Shown piece by piece: positions 48,769 to 58,616 of a DNA stretch of 64,000 nucleotides. A model generated the notes under the pieces. The model worked only from the letters and a program-made list of their open reading frames with translations, ran no database searches and was not told where the DNA came from. The stretch covers positions 1 through 64,000 of the forward strand of contig JAZDLW010000019.1 in the NCBI GenBank assembly GCA_043801595.1, read 5' to 3'. This stretch comes from Candidatus Aenigmatarchaeota archaeon (GTDB lineage: Archaea > Aenigmatarchaeota > Aenigmatarchaeia > JACPZZ01). Positions within the stretch are counted from its first letter, which is position 1; each line of letters opens with the position of its first letter. Made by a program: the position numbers and the translations under genes.

Positions 48769-49024
48769 CGCTAGTTTTATTTAGGAATACCATAACCGAA
48801 CAGCTTAAAAGCTTAGCAGGTTGCACAAGTTGAATATACGGGACTAAGAGTGCAACTATCCATGTGTTTCAATTCAAAGATAACGCTGAAACAGCCTAGC
48901 AACCTTTTTATATCTATCCGCGTCAATTAACTGATGTCTTAAACGTGCTAAGGGCGCGTTTCTGATTAACCAATGAATGTATGTGGGCATTTGTAATGCA
49001 AATGCCTGAATGGAGGTTGTGAAT

Positions 49025-49390
49025 ATGACAGTTGAAAAGAAATTCGTTGTTCCGAAGGAACTTGTTAACAAGGTATACGAAGCTATAGAACTTGCAAAAA
49101 CTTCTGGCAAAATACGCAAGGGAACGAACGAGACGACAAAATCCATTGAGCGAGGCGAGTCGAAGCTTGTTGTAATTGCCGAAGACGTGGATCCCGCGGA
49201 AATAGTGATGCACCTTCCGGTTATCTGTTCAGAGAAGCGGGTGCCGTTTATCTATGTTCCGAACAAAGTCGAACTGGGCAAGGCTTCTGGTGTTGATGTA
49301 GGGACAGCCGCGGTTTCGATAGCCGAAGCAGGCGATGCAGCTTCGGTTTTAAAAGAAATACTCGAAGGATTGTCCAAGGTAAAAAAGTAA
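49025..49390 (+). CDS. rpl7ae: 50S ribosomal protein L7Ae
   Basis: KGTNETTK, IAEDVDP, ELGKASG; GGAGGT RBS. Confidence 0.96.
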   Translation: MTVEKKFVVPKELVNKVYEAIELAKTSGKIRKGTNETTKSIERGESKLVVIAEDVDPAEIVMHLPVICSEKRVPFIYVPNKVELGKASGVDVGTAAVSIAEAGDAASVLKEILEGLSKVKK

Positions 49391-49404
49391 TGACGTGATT
49401 ACGT

Positions 49405-49617
49405 ATGGCAAACGAACCAACACCGGCTGAAATTGTTCAACTACTCGGGCGAACAGGCGTCAGAGGCGTAACGCAAGTGAGATGCAAACTCATTGATGGT
49501 AAAGACGCAGGGAAAGTGCTCGTAAGAAACGTGACAGGTCCTGTGAGACTTGGCGATATAATCATGCTTAGAGAGACGGAAATGGAATTCGCCGGCGAAA
49601 TGAGAGGGCGACGCTGA
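49405..49617 (+). CDS. rps28e: 30S ribosomal protein S28e
   Basis: [19 protein letters not shown]. Confidence 0.95.
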   Translation: MANEPTPAEIVQLLGRTGVRGVTQVRCKLIDGKDAGKVLVRNVTGPVRLGDIIMLRETEMEFAGEMRGRR

Positions 49618-49793
49618 TGAAATGCTCTTTTTGCGGGAATGATATCATTGCCGGCACGGGCAAAACGATTGTTAGGAAAGACGGTTCGCTGTCCAACTTC
49701 TGCAACACAAAGTGCGAAAGAAATTTCAACATGCGCGACCCAGTGAACGTAAAATGGACAAACGCTGCGAAAAAAGCCTCGAACAAAGAGTAA
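49617..49793 (+). CDS. rpl24e: 50S ribosomal protein L24e
   Basis: Manual translation MKCSFCG...GTG...RKDG...FCNTKC...VKWT. Confidence 0.93.
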   Translation: MKCSFCGNDIIAGTGKTIVRKDGSLSNFCNTKCERNFNMRDPVNVKWTNAAKKASNKE

Positions 49794-49799
49794 TCCCGT

Positions 49800-50453
49800 A
49801 TGTTTGTTAAAATCGGGGCCGAGGCGACTGTCAAAACCGTTGATTTTGACAATATGGACGCTGTTCTTAAAGAGCGAATAAGGAAAAACTACAGGATAAA
49901 CGAACTCGACGAAAAGCTGCGTTCACAGCGCACACGGACAGAAGCGAAAATAACCGGAGAAGCGCGGCGTGCGGGCGTTAATACGCCGATGGTTTTCCAG
50001 ACCGAAGAAAAAAACTATAAAATCTTTTTCGAAAGAATAAACGGAAAAACGCTGAAAGCCTGCGTCAATAGCGGAAACCGTGAAAAAGTTTCCATTATCG
50101 CGGAAAAATGGGGAGAAGCGGTCGGAAAGCTCCATGTCGCGAATATCATACACGGCGATTTAACAACGTCGAATTCGATAGTGCATGACAACAAAATTTA
50201 TATGATAGATTTCGGGCTTTCGTTTTTCTCTTCCCGCGAGGAAGATAAAGCGGAGGATATAAACCTGCTACGACAATCGTTAGACGCCACGCACAACCGC
50301 GTTTTCGAAGCGGTGTGGGGCGCCTTTGTCGCCGGTTATCTCAGGTATGGAAACGAAAAAACGCTGGAGCGGGCTTCGGAAATCGCGGCAAGGGGAAGGT
50401 ATGTTACAGACAGAAAAAAAGGCCGAAAGCCTTTAAAAATAACGGATGCGTGA
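49800..50453 (+). CDS. bud32: KEOPS kinase Bud32
   Basis: GAEA, KERIRKNYR, IHGDLTTSN, IDFGL, RGRY. Confidence 0.92.
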   Translation: MFVKIGAEATVKTVDFDNMDAVLKERIRKNYRINELDEKLRSQRTRTEAKITGEARRAGVNTPMVFQTEEKNYKIFFERINGKTLKACVNSGNREKVSIIAEKWGEAVGKLHVANIIHGDLTTSNSIVHDNKIYMIDFGLSFFSSREEDKAEDINLLRQSLDATHNRVFEAVWGAFVAGYLRYGNEKTLERASEIAARGRYVTDRKKGRKPLKITDA

Positions 50454-50697
50454 TAATTTCGTGAAAAACATAAAAAAGCTCATAAAAGGCGAAAAGCCCG
50501 AATTGGGAGCGGTTGCAGAAGAGGCGTTAATCGCGACATTGATAACCGGCGCTGTGCTTGTTGTTATCGGTGTCGTACTTTCATCGTTTATGCCAATCGG
50601 TATTGCGCCTTTAATGGCGATGTCTGGAGCTTTATTAAGCTTCCTATCATTAATCTTTATGATCACTTTTTGGTTCAGCCAAGAAGGGTTCAAATAA
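50446..50697 (+). CDS. Small hypothetical membrane protein
   Basis: Two hydrophobic helices; overlaps the bud32 end. Confidence 0.6.
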   Translation: MRDNFVKNIKKLIKGEKPELGAVAEEALIATLITGAVLVVIGVVLSSFMPIGIAPLMAMSGALLSFLSLIFMITFWFSQEGFK

Positions 50698-50805
50698 GCC
50701 TTTTCTTTTAAAAAAGAAAAGCCTTAATGGAAAAGAAAAACAACCACAAGGGTCGGCGAACATATATAATTGTTGAGCCACTAAGATTTGATTTACGTGT
50801 CTAAA

Positions 50806-51753
50806 ATGGAAGAGAAAAATAAGGAAACGGTCGAAAAGGAAAAACCGGCAGAAGCCGAAAAGGCGGTAGAAAACGTTGTCGAAACCGCCCCGGTCGAAGC
50901 GCCGATCGCAGAGGCGATTACGCCGGCCGCTCCTACAGTCGAGATAACGCCGGAAGACGTTAAAGCGTTCATGCCGTCACTTGAAAACTGGAAACCAAAA
51001 ACAAAGCTCGGAAAAGAGGTCATGGAAGGCAAGCAGGATAACATTTATAAAATTCTTGAAAACGGCGTCAAGATCAAGGAATTTCAGATTGTCGACAAGC
51101 TTGTACCAGATCTGGGAAATGAAATAATCTATATCGGCGGTTCTCCGGGAAAAGGCGGTGGCAGTCAGAGAACCATCACGAAAAAAACCGCCAGAATGCA
51201 TAAATCAGGGCGCAGATTCAGACTTTCGTCGCTCGTTGTTGTCGGTAACGGCAACGGAATAGTCGGCATCGGACAAGGCACGGGAAAGGAACACAGGAAT
51301 GCCATTGAGAAGGCAGTTGAACATGCGAAACTTAATCTTGTTACCATTCGCAGGGGTTGCGGTTCATGGCAGTGTGCGTGCGGACAGGCCCATTCGTTTG
51401 CAACAAAGGCAGTCGGACGTTCAGGATCAGTAACAGTTGAATTCCGGCCTGCACCAAGAGGAACAGGGCTTGTAACAAGCGATGATTTGAAGAAAGTCCT
51501 GAAGTCGGTTGGGATAAAAGATGCATGGTGCCGGACAAGCGGAAACACCGCGTCAAGGACGAATCTAATAAAAGCAGGGTTCAATGCGCTGAAAAGCATG
51601 AACAATATGAAAACCGTTTCAAATGACCTTTTTTTAAAAGGTCAATCAAAAGAGAATGAAAAAGTTCAATCAAATAAACTTTCTTCGGAAGAAAGTTTAA
51701 TCAAAGAAGCTTTGGAAAAAGGTAAATCAAATAAGCCTTTGGAAAAGGCTTAA
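50806..51753 (+). CDS. rps5: 30S ribosomal protein S5 with N- and C-terminal extensions
   Basis: WKPKTKLG, SGRRFR, RRGCGSWQC, PAPRGTGL; the C-terminal ~40 codons are repeat-family DNA. Confidence 0.93.
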   Translation: MEEKNKETVEKEKPAEAEKAVENVVETAPVEAPIAEAITPAAPTVEITPEDVKAFMPSLENWKPKTKLGKEVMEGKQDNIYKILENGVKIKEFQIVDKLVPDLGNEIIYIGGSPGKGGGSQRTITKKTARMHKSGRRFRLSSLVVVGNGNGIVGIGQGTGKEHRNAIEKAVEHAKLNLVTIRRGCGSWQCACGQAHSFATKAVGRSGSVTVEFRPAPRGTGLVTSDDLKKVLKSVGIKDAWCRTSGNTASRTNLIKAGFNALKSMNNMKTVSNDLFLKGQSKENEKVQSNKLSSEESLIKEALEKGKSNKPLEKA

Positions 51754-51769
51754 GCGAAAAGTGATAAAA

Positions 51770-52114
51770 ATGTACATTGCAATAAGATTGCGCGGACATG
51801 CGGGGACAAACCAAGACATTGACGAGACTATGGATTTTCTCGGGCTAAAGGCGCCTAATAATTGTGTTGTGGTCGAAGAAAACGCGGTCATGAAAGGAAT
51901 GCTGCACAAGGCAAAGGATTACATTGCGTGGGGAGAGGCCGACGAAAAGACAGTGGAGCAGTTGCGTGCGATTGCCAAGGACAAAGACGGAAAAATAATT
52001 ATCAGGTTCAGCCCGCCTTCAAAGGGGTTCAAGAACCTCAAGGAGCATTACCCGAAAGGCGCGCTGGGATATTACGGGAAAAAAATAAACGATTTTGTGC
52101 AGATCTTCATCTAA
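51770..52114 (+). CDS. rpl30: 50S ribosomal protein L30
   Basis: IRLRG, GMLHKAKDYIAWGE, PPSKG, GALGYYG. Confidence 0.9.
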   Translation: MYIAIRLRGHAGTNQDIDETMDFLGLKAPNNCVVVEENAVMKGMLHKAKDYIAWGEADEKTVEQLRAIAKDKDGKIIIRFSPPSKGFKNLKEHYPKGALGYYGKKINDFVQIFI

Positions 52115-52137
52115 CGCAAAAGAGAATGGTGTGGAAA

Positions 52138-52530
52138 ATGGCAAGAAAAGAAAAAAAGAACAAAAAGTTCAGAGGGCTCCATACACACGGTCACGGGAAC
52201 AAGAAAAAGTGGAGAGGCGGCGGGTCGCGCGGCGGGCGCGGTTTTGCCGGAAAATACCATCATAAAAAAACGTGGGCGATCAGATGGGGAGAGGTCAATG
52301 TCAAAAAGGGATTCACATCAATAGGGCGTGAAACAAAGAAAACCATAAACGTCGGCGATATAGAGGATGTTGCAAACGGCAAAAATTCCGTCAATTTATC
52401 AGAGCTGGGTTACGGCAAGGTGCTCGGATCCGGAAAGATAACAAAGGCGGTTAAAGTCGAGGCGCCGCAATTTTCGAAGTCCGCAAAAGAAAAGATAGAA
52501 AAGGCTGGCGGCCAGGCAATAGAAGCCTAG
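52138..52530 (+). CDS. rpl15: 50S ribosomal protein L15
   Basis: RGGGSRGGRGFAG, KVLGSG, FSKSAKEKIEKAGG. Confidence 0.93.
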   Translation: MARKEKKNKKFRGLHTHGHGNKKKWRGGGSRGGRGFAGKYHHKKTWAIRWGEVNVKKGFTSIGRETKKTINVGDIEDVANGKNSVNLSELGYGKVLGSGKITKAVKVEAPQFSKSAKEKIEKAGGQAIEA

Positions 52531-52588
52531 TTAATGGAAAAAGCTTAATCAAACAAACTTTTAAGAAAAGTTTGATCAAAAAAGCGAA
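52531..52588. repeat. Palindromic repeat-family copy between rpl15 and secY
   Basis: AAAAGCTTAATCAAACAAACTTTTAAGAAAAGTTTGATCAAAA. Confidence 0.7.
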
Positions 52589-52615
52589 GGCTGGTAACAA
52601 TGACGAGGTATTACG

Positions 52616-54172
52616 ATGATTTTGGAGCCGCTATTTAATTTTCTGCCTTCGATAAAAAAGCCTGTTGAAAAGCAGACGCTTAAAAAAAGATTGAAGTGGA
52701 CAGGCATAATGCTTCTTCTTTATTTTGCAATGTCCCAGGTCACGGTTTACGGCGTTTCAGAAACGGCGTTGCAAAGGTTTGCGTTTCTTGAACTGATTTT
52801 AGGATCCAGGTTCGGATCTTTGATGACGCTGGGAATAGGGCCTATCGTAACCGCGTCTATAATATTGCAGCTGATGGTCGGTTCAAAGATAATAAACTGG
52901 GACCTCTCAAAACGCGAGCAGAAATTGAAGTTCGAAGGCACGCAGAAGATCCTTGCAATTGTAATTACAGTGGTCGAGGCTGCGGCATACGTATCGTTTG
53001 GCGCGGTTCCGCCCATACCCGGTGCTTCTGCGTTGCTGGTTGCATTTCTCATATTACAGTTGTCTCTGGGCGGCTGGCTGGTCATACTCATGGACGAAAT
53101 AGTAACGAAATGGGGTTTTGGATCAGGCATAAGCCTGTTTATCGCAGCGGGAGTTTCGAGCCAGATAATAATACGAATGGTAAATCCACTCGCCGCATGC
53201 GTCGATAACCCGTTAAAAGTCTGCATTCCCGATGCCACGAACGCGCCCGCAGGATTGATACCGAATGCGCTGCTGGGTTTATTTTCCGGCAACTTCGCAG
53301 ATGCAATCGTCAATCTTATACCGATAATATCAACCGTGATAGTTTTCATGATCGTAATCTACGCGCAGGCGATACGCGTTGAGATACCGCTGGCTTTCGG
53401 ATATTTCCGCGGGTTCGGAAGAAGCTGGCCGCTGAAATTCATTTACACGAGCAATATACCTGTAATCTTAACAGCAGCGCTGATCGCAAACGTGCAAGTT
53501 ATGGGCGCGCTGCTCGCAGCGAAGGGATTTCCGATACTCGGCACGTTCGACGCGTCCAATACACCACAAAGCGGCATTTCGTTGATGTTTTCCGTGCCGC
53601 GTGAACTGCCGGTACAGACAATGATGCTTACAATCGGGATAGCGGTCGTTATCGGGTCTTTGATTTCGGTTTACTATATCAAAAAATACCTTGGCGAGAT
53701 AATGGTCTTGTCAGGGTTGCTAGGGATAATCATATGGTTCTTCGGATTCCAGGCCTTGGGATTTTCCGCAGCCACAGCTTTGACAGCGCAGAGCGTTGCG
53801 AGGCTGATCGCGTACACGCTGTTCCTGTCATTGGGGTCAATTATGTTTTCGATATTCTGGGTGAACACTGCCGGAATGGACGCCGGAAGCGTTTCAAAGC
53901 AGATACAGTCAATAGGAATGCAGATACCCGGATTCAGGCGCGATCCGCGAATAATAGAATCCGTGCTTGAGAAATACATACCAAACCTTGCAGTGCTCGG
54001 CGGTGCGTTCGTAGGTATTCTAGCCGCGTTCGCAGACTCTGTAAACGCGCTTGGAACAGGGACGGGAATACTTTTAACAGTAATGATAATATACAACATG
54101 TACGAACAGCTGGGCATGCAGCAAATGGAAGAGCTGCATCCGGCTGTGCGAAAATTGTTCGGAAAGGAGTGA
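52616..54172 (+). CDS. secY: Preprotein translocase subunit SecY
   Basis: LGIGPIVTAS, KWGFGSGISLFI, YTSNIP, QIPGFR, GTGILL. Confidence 0.96.
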   Translation: MILEPLFNFLPSIKKPVEKQTLKKRLKWTGIMLLLYFAMSQVTVYGVSETALQRFAFLELILGSRFGSLMTLGIGPIVTASIILQLMVGSKIINWDLSKREQKLKFEGTQKILAIVITVVEAAAYVSFGAVPPIPGASALLVAFLILQLSLGGWLVILMDEIVTKWGFGSGISLFIAAGVSSQIIIRMVNPLAACVDNPLKVCIPDATNAPAGLIPNALLGLFSGNFADAIVNLIPIISTVIVFMIVIYAQAIRVEIPLAFGYFRGFGRSWPLKFIYTSNIPVILTAALIANVQVMGALLAAKGFPILGTFDASNTPQSGISLMFSVPRELPVQTMMLTIGIAVVIGSLISVYYIKKYLGEIMVLSGLLGIIIWFFGFQALGFSAATALTAQSVARLIAYTLFLSLGSIMFSIFWVNTAGMDAGSVSKQIQSIGMQIPGFRRDPRIIESVLEKYIPNLAVLGGAFVGILAAFADSVNALGTGTGILLTVMIIYNMYEQLGMQQMEELHPAVRKLFGKE

Positions 54173-54176
54173 TCGA

Positions 54177-54761
54177 ATGTCTTTGGTAATTGTTGCAGGG
54201 GCGCCGGGCGTGGGAAAAACAACCGTCCAGAATGTCGCATTGGAACAATTGCAGCAAACGAAACCGATCAAGGTCGCGATGTTCGGCGATTATATGTTTT
54301 CGATAGCAGAGAAGGAAAAACTTGTAAAAAACAGGGACGAGATGCGAACGAAAATACCGCGCGAAAAGTACAAGGACCTGCAGGCGAAAGCCGCGGAACA
54401 GATAGCGGCGGATGCGAAAAGCCGGAATGTGATCGTAAACACGCATCTTTCAATGATAACGGCTTTCGGGATAATTCCCGGGCTGCCGTTGAACATATTG
54501 AAGATGCTTGATCCGAAACTGATAGTGATTGTCGAAGCGGATCCGGAGGAGATAGCGATTCGCCAGAAGACGGACAAGGAACGGGAACGCTCCGACTTCG
54601 GAGACGCGGGAAAGCTGCGCGAGTTCCAGAATTATTCGAGATCGTGCGCTGCGGCATATTCGGTCATACAAAACGTGCCTGTAAAGATAATAATGAACAG
54701 ACATGGAAAGATCCGCGAGGCGGCAGGCGAACTGACAGAAGTGTTGCGCAATGTTTTCTGA
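54177..54761 (+). CDS. adkA: Adenylate kinase (archaeal)
   Basis: GAPGVGKTT, FGDYM, RDEMR, NTH, PGLP; follows secY. Confidence 0.92.
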   Translation: MSLVIVAGAPGVGKTTVQNVALEQLQQTKPIKVAMFGDYMFSIAEKEKLVKNRDEMRTKIPREKYKDLQAKAAEQIAADAKSRNVIVNTHLSMITAFGIIPGLPLNILKMLDPKLIVIVEADPEEIAIRQKTDKERERSDFGDAGKLREFQNYSRSCAAAYSVIQNVPVKIIMNRHGKIREAAGELTEVLRNVF

Positions 54762-55215
54762 TCTGCTAAACGCGATATTCGCGCCATTGTTATCGCAAGG
54801 CCTTTTCATAGGAGTGACAATCATATCCGTGCTCGCATCATCGATTACTACGTTGTTCTACAGATTTTTTGTTGACCAGACGACGATGAAGGACGTAAGA
54901 AAGAACATGGAGCTGTACCGCGAGCTTGCAAATGCCGCGCAAAAGGAAAATAATGTCGGGAAAATGAACGAGAATGTGGATAAAATGATGAAGCTGAACA
55001 AACAATATTTTTCGTTGTCAACGAAGCCGATGATATTGTCTTTGCTTGTGTTTGCGGTGATATTTCCGTGGATGGGACAGACTTTTTTGAATGTTGTGGT
55101 TAATTTACCGTTCACGCTGCCGTTTATCGGCAATACGACCGGCTGGTTCGGCTGGTATTTTTTGCTGGCGATCCCGTCGAGCATAGTGATGCGTAAACTC
55201 TTGGACCTCGAATAA
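54751..55215 (+). CDS. DUF106 EMC3/TMCO1-family membrane insertase
   Basis: TM - coiled coil - KPM - TM - WFGWYF pattern; conserved position after adk. Confidence 0.85.
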   Translation: MFSDLLNAIFAPLLSQGLFIGVTIISVLASSITTLFYRFFVDQTTMKDVRKNMELYRELANAAQKENNVGKMNENVDKMMKLNKQYFSLSTKPMILSLLVFAVIFPWMGQTFLNVVVNLPFTLPFIGNTTGWFGWYFLLAIPSSIVMRKLLDLE

Positions 55216-55269
55216 ACCGGCAATTTCTTGCTTAAAAACTTCTTAGTCCAATCAGTTTCAGGAACGACC

Positions 55270-56220
55270 ATGATAACGAAAGAAGACGCGAAAACGAACG
55301 ACAGGTACGGGACGTATCCAGAAAAAAGAACCATAGCCCAGCTTATGGATTACGGCGTGATAAACCTGGATAAACCGCAGGGACCGACCAGCCACCAAGC
55401 GGTTGCATGGTTGCGCGACATTCTTGGAACAAGGAAAATCTCGCACACAGGTACGATCGATCCGATGGTAAGCGGGGTTCTTGTTGTTTTGTTAAACGAG
55501 TCGCCGAAAGCGACAGAAGTTATCGGGCACGAAGAGAAGGAGTATATCGCGCTTATGCACGTGCACCAGCAGTTTCCGAAAAACATTATTGAAAATTCGG
55601 TCAAAAAATTCGTTGGAAAGATAACACAGCTTCCTCCGCTGCGATCAGCGGTTGCGCGTCGCGAGAGGGTGCGCGAAATAAAGGAAATAGAACTGCTTGA
55701 AATAAACGGTAAAGATGTTTTATTCCGCGTCCGCTGCGAGGCAGGCACGTACATACGACGATTGATCGACGACATAGGAAAAGATTTGAAGTCGAAAGCG
55801 CACATGGCAGAGCTGCGAAGAATACGGGCGGGCGTGTTCGAAGAGAAAGATTCTTTCACAATGCACAATGCCAAGGACGCATGGGACGCTTACAAGGAGA
55901 ACGGCGATGAAAGCAGGCTGCGAAAAATAATAATGCCGCTTGAAAAAGTTTTGGATGTTGTTGGCGTGAAAAAAATAATTGTAAAGGATTCGGCTGTCAA
56001 TAAGATATGCAACGGAGCGGCTGTCGGCGTTAACGGCATAGCGAAACTCAGCGATAACATCGGAAAAGGCGAAACTGTTGTCATACTAACGCTAAAGGGC
56101 GAGATAGTCGCTGTTGCAGCAGCGTTGATGGACTCGAAGGCGATAACAAAAGCAAACCGCGGGATTGCGGCGAATACGGACCGCGTGTTAATGAAACTAA
56201 ATACGTATCCCTATTTGTAA
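55270..56220 (+). CDS. cbf5: Pseudouridine synthase Cbf5 (TruB family)
   Basis: DKPQGPTSH, HTGTIDP, QLPP, CEAGTYIR, PUA domain. Confidence 0.93.
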   Translation: MITKEDAKTNDRYGTYPEKRTIAQLMDYGVINLDKPQGPTSHQAVAWLRDILGTRKISHTGTIDPMVSGVLVVLLNESPKATEVIGHEEKEYIALMHVHQQFPKNIIENSVKKFVGKITQLPPLRSAVARRERVREIKEIELLEINGKDVLFRVRCEAGTYIRRLIDDIGKDLKSKAHMAELRRIRAGVFEEKDSFTMHNAKDAWDAYKENGDESRLRKIIMPLEKVLDVVGVKKIIVKDSAVNKICNGAAVGVNGIAKLSDNIGKGETVVILTLKGEIVAVAAALMDSKAITKANRGIAANTDRVLMKLNTYPYL

Positions 56221-56234
56221 CCGGAAAAAATCGC

Positions 56235-57203
56235 TCAGCGTCCGGGTATCGGCTTCACAAACATATGTTCTTCCCAGTGAACTGTTTCGGTGTAGCCTGC
56301 TGACGGAAGCACCTTTTTACGGATATATTCGTCAAGCTCTACCGTTGTCTTTTCTTTCAATGTTCTGTAACTCCTTTCTATTTCCGCAAAAGCGCTTCCG
56401 GTCTCCCTTCTCAGAATTGCGAGATGGGTGTTGAGGCGGGCTGCGCAATATCCGACTTTGTCTGAACCGGTTTCTTCGTGCATCCCGCGCATGCAATCGG
56501 TTATGACCGAAGCCGTTATTTCCGCGCGCTTGTCGCGGTGATGCTCTCTTCTGTAACTTCTTGTGCCCTCCTCGAATTTTCTTAGCGCTTCGTAATAGTC
56601 TTTCATGCCATTGATAATCTTTCCTGTCAGGAAGCTAAGATAATCCGGTTGCAGTTCAAAAGTGATCGGTGTCAGGTCGATTGTCACGTTTTTGTTAGAC
56701 TCTGACTCGCTTGGTCCCAGTGGCGTGACTTTCTTTTGCTTGTATAGGACGCCTCCCATGACCTCCGCTACTTCTGAATTTGTTTTTTGCAGGCCTTTTC
56801 CTTCAAATACATTGTTTGGCAGCAAAACGAAAACATGCTGCATAAGGCGGGTGTTGTAACCTTCAGTGTCGTCCAGAGGAGAAAGTATCGACCGCCAGTA
56901 TTCCGAGGGCGGTTGCGACAAAATCAGGCTAGATATTCTGTCCCTGATTTCATCAGGCGCACACGCGTTCTTTGTCAATATTTGTTTCTGTTTCTGGCTG
57001 TGGAAAGTCCTTACCCTTTCTTCTACAGCGGTTTTTTCAATACTTTCGATTATCTGCGAACCGTAGGATGTTGCTATGTCCATTGCCAGCTGTTTCGTTT
57101 TTCCAGGGTCCTGTTCCGATTCGCGGAGCGTCAGGCGGAGGTCTTCTACCGAGAACATGGCATCGTTGTTGATTTGTTGCATTTCTTCCCAGCTGTTCAT
57201 CAT
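56235..57203 (-). CDS. Hypothetical protein
   Basis: 322-aa ORF filling the gap; no motif recognised. Confidence 0.6.
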   Translation of the reverse strand: MMNSWEEMQQINNDAMFSVEDLRLTLRESEQDPGKTKQLAMDIATSYGSQIIESIEKTAVEERVRTFHSQKQKQILTKNACAPDEIRDRISSLILSQPPSEYWRSILSPLDDTEGYNTRLMQHVFVLLPNNVFEGKGLQKTNSEVAEVMGGVLYKQKKVTPLGPSESESNKNVTIDLTPITFELQPDYLSFLTGKIINGMKDYYEALRKFEEGTRSYRREHHRDKRAEITASVITDCMRGMHEETGSDKVGYCAARLNTHLAILRRETGSAFAEIERSYRTLKEKTTVELDEYIRKKVLPSAGYTETVHWEEHMFVKPIPGR

Positions 57204-57280
57204 GACAAATCATTATCAGGTAAGTTTTAAATTACCATGAGAATGAAAGGTTTTAATCCCTTGCACGTCAGAAAAATCTT

Positions 57281-58078
57281 ATGAAAAACGGATGGAAAAT
57301 CTACGTGTTTGAGCACGATCCTTATTCTTCCGAACTGGCAGAATCGCTGCAACTGGTATTCGGGCTGGAGAGGAGAAGCGTAAATGTAACGTACGGGGAC
57401 AACAGGAAACAAATTATAAATAAAGTGAAAAAAGCCATCAACGGGGATCATGAAAGGATTCTCACTGTCCTTGGTCACGGATACGCACACAAAATGACCT
57501 ACGGCCTCTGCAAGCACGTCGCCGACAGTCGAAGCGACGGTTATGTCTACTACCATTTCGACCAGCACGGCGACATCGGTCACATATGGACGCGCATCAC
57601 CCACGGCGGCTTCGTAGCCAGATTGTTCAATGATACGAAAGCGCAGGATGTTGTATTTTCCGATGAACCCGATTTCAACAGCCGCGCGCTTGCCAGGGGT
57701 TTGGACGTGGACGATACCGGGGCGTCGTTGATGACAAATAAGAACGTTCCTGACGCATATTGTTCGTTCGATCTGGATTGCATGCGTTACGAGGAAATAA
57801 AAACCGGCTGGCCGGGAGGAACGATGCATTCGATCGCATTGCTCAACGAAGTGGAAAATATCAAAACGAAGAAGGACATAATCTCAGCCGATGTCCTTGG
57901 CTATTCCGGCGAAAGGGATGCCAAAAGTCACGTGATGTATGCGGTGCTCATGGAGACGCTCATCGGAGGCGGACGCGTCGATGAATTCAAGTCGCTACAC
58001 GAAATCGCAAAGAATGGGCGGATCGACTATCAAGACATGCTCAAAGAATTCAAGTCAATCGGAAGTTGCGGACGCTGA
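57281..58078 (+). CDS. Arginase/ureohydrolase-fold protein (divergent)
   Basis: LGHGYAH, HFDQHGD, SFDLDC metal-binding motifs. Confidence 0.6.
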   Translation: MKNGWKIYVFEHDPYSSELAESLQLVFGLERRSVNVTYGDNRKQIINKVKKAINGDHERILTVLGHGYAHKMTYGLCKHVADSRSDGYVYYHFDQHGDIGHIWTRITHGGFVARLFNDTKAQDVVFSDEPDFNSRALARGLDVDDTGASLMTNKNVPDAYCSFDLDCMRYEEIKTGWPGGTMHSIALLNEVENIKTKKDIISADVLGYSGERDAKSHVMYAVLMETLIGGGRVDEFKSLHEIAKNGRIDYQDMLKEFKSIGSCGR

Positions 58079-58087
58079 TAACGCATA

Positions 58088-58111
58088 CTAAAAAGAATAG
58101 CGCCGAGGAAG
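58088..58111. repeat. Copy of tRNA-Ser(TGA) 3' end plus trailer (att-like site 1)
   Basis: CTAAAAAGAATAGCGCCGAGGAAG matches 60222-60245 at 23 of 24 nt. Confidence 0.8.
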
Positions 58112-58172
58112 CGATATACCTCGAAGTGTTCACATCCTGCCCTTGTTTTATCTTATTAGGACTTTCTATAGT

Positions 58173-58616
58173 TTACGTTGCATGCACAGCATAATTCGAT
58201 GGCGCATACGAATCGTATAATTTCCAAATGTCGCCAATCTTTTGCATTCTAAAGGTGTTTGCGGGATCAAGATATGTTTTATTATTTTCTGTTTTTATCA
58301 CATCCGCGGTAATAGTAGCATCGGTCTGATTGTTATACTCTACTTTGGTGATGTTTAGATCCATCCCCATTTTGGAGCATGCATCCGGTTGCGGTTTAGT
58401 TTCTACACAGAATTTTCTAACAACATCCCAATATTGGATACCCAGATAATCTCCGGATTTTTCAAAATCACCAGATTTCCAAAGGGAAAGAAGTGCTCTA
58501 AGGTCGTTTTCCGGCGTATGTGAGAAATATGTGTTAAAAATAAGCCAAGCCATAGCAACGAACAGAACAATACTTACAATTCGCTTTTTATTAGGAGTTA
58601 TTTTCAGTGTTTTCAT
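58173..58616 (-). CDS. Membrane-anchored secreted protein (possibly NTF2-like)
   Basis: Basic N-terminus plus one TM helix; ATITADV...FRMQKIGDIWKL; AT-rich. Confidence 0.6.
   Translation of the reverse strand: MKTLKITPNKKRIVSIVLFVAMAWLIFNTYFSHTPENDLRALLSLWKSGDFEKSGDYLGIQYWDVVRKFCVETKPQPDACSKMGMDLNITKVEYNNQTDATITADVIKTENNKTYLDPANTFRMQKIGDIWKLYDSYAPSNYAVHAT

Noticed and set aside
51862..52137. Extension of the rpl15 ORF
   Set aside because: It overlaps rpl30; L15 starts at ATG 52138
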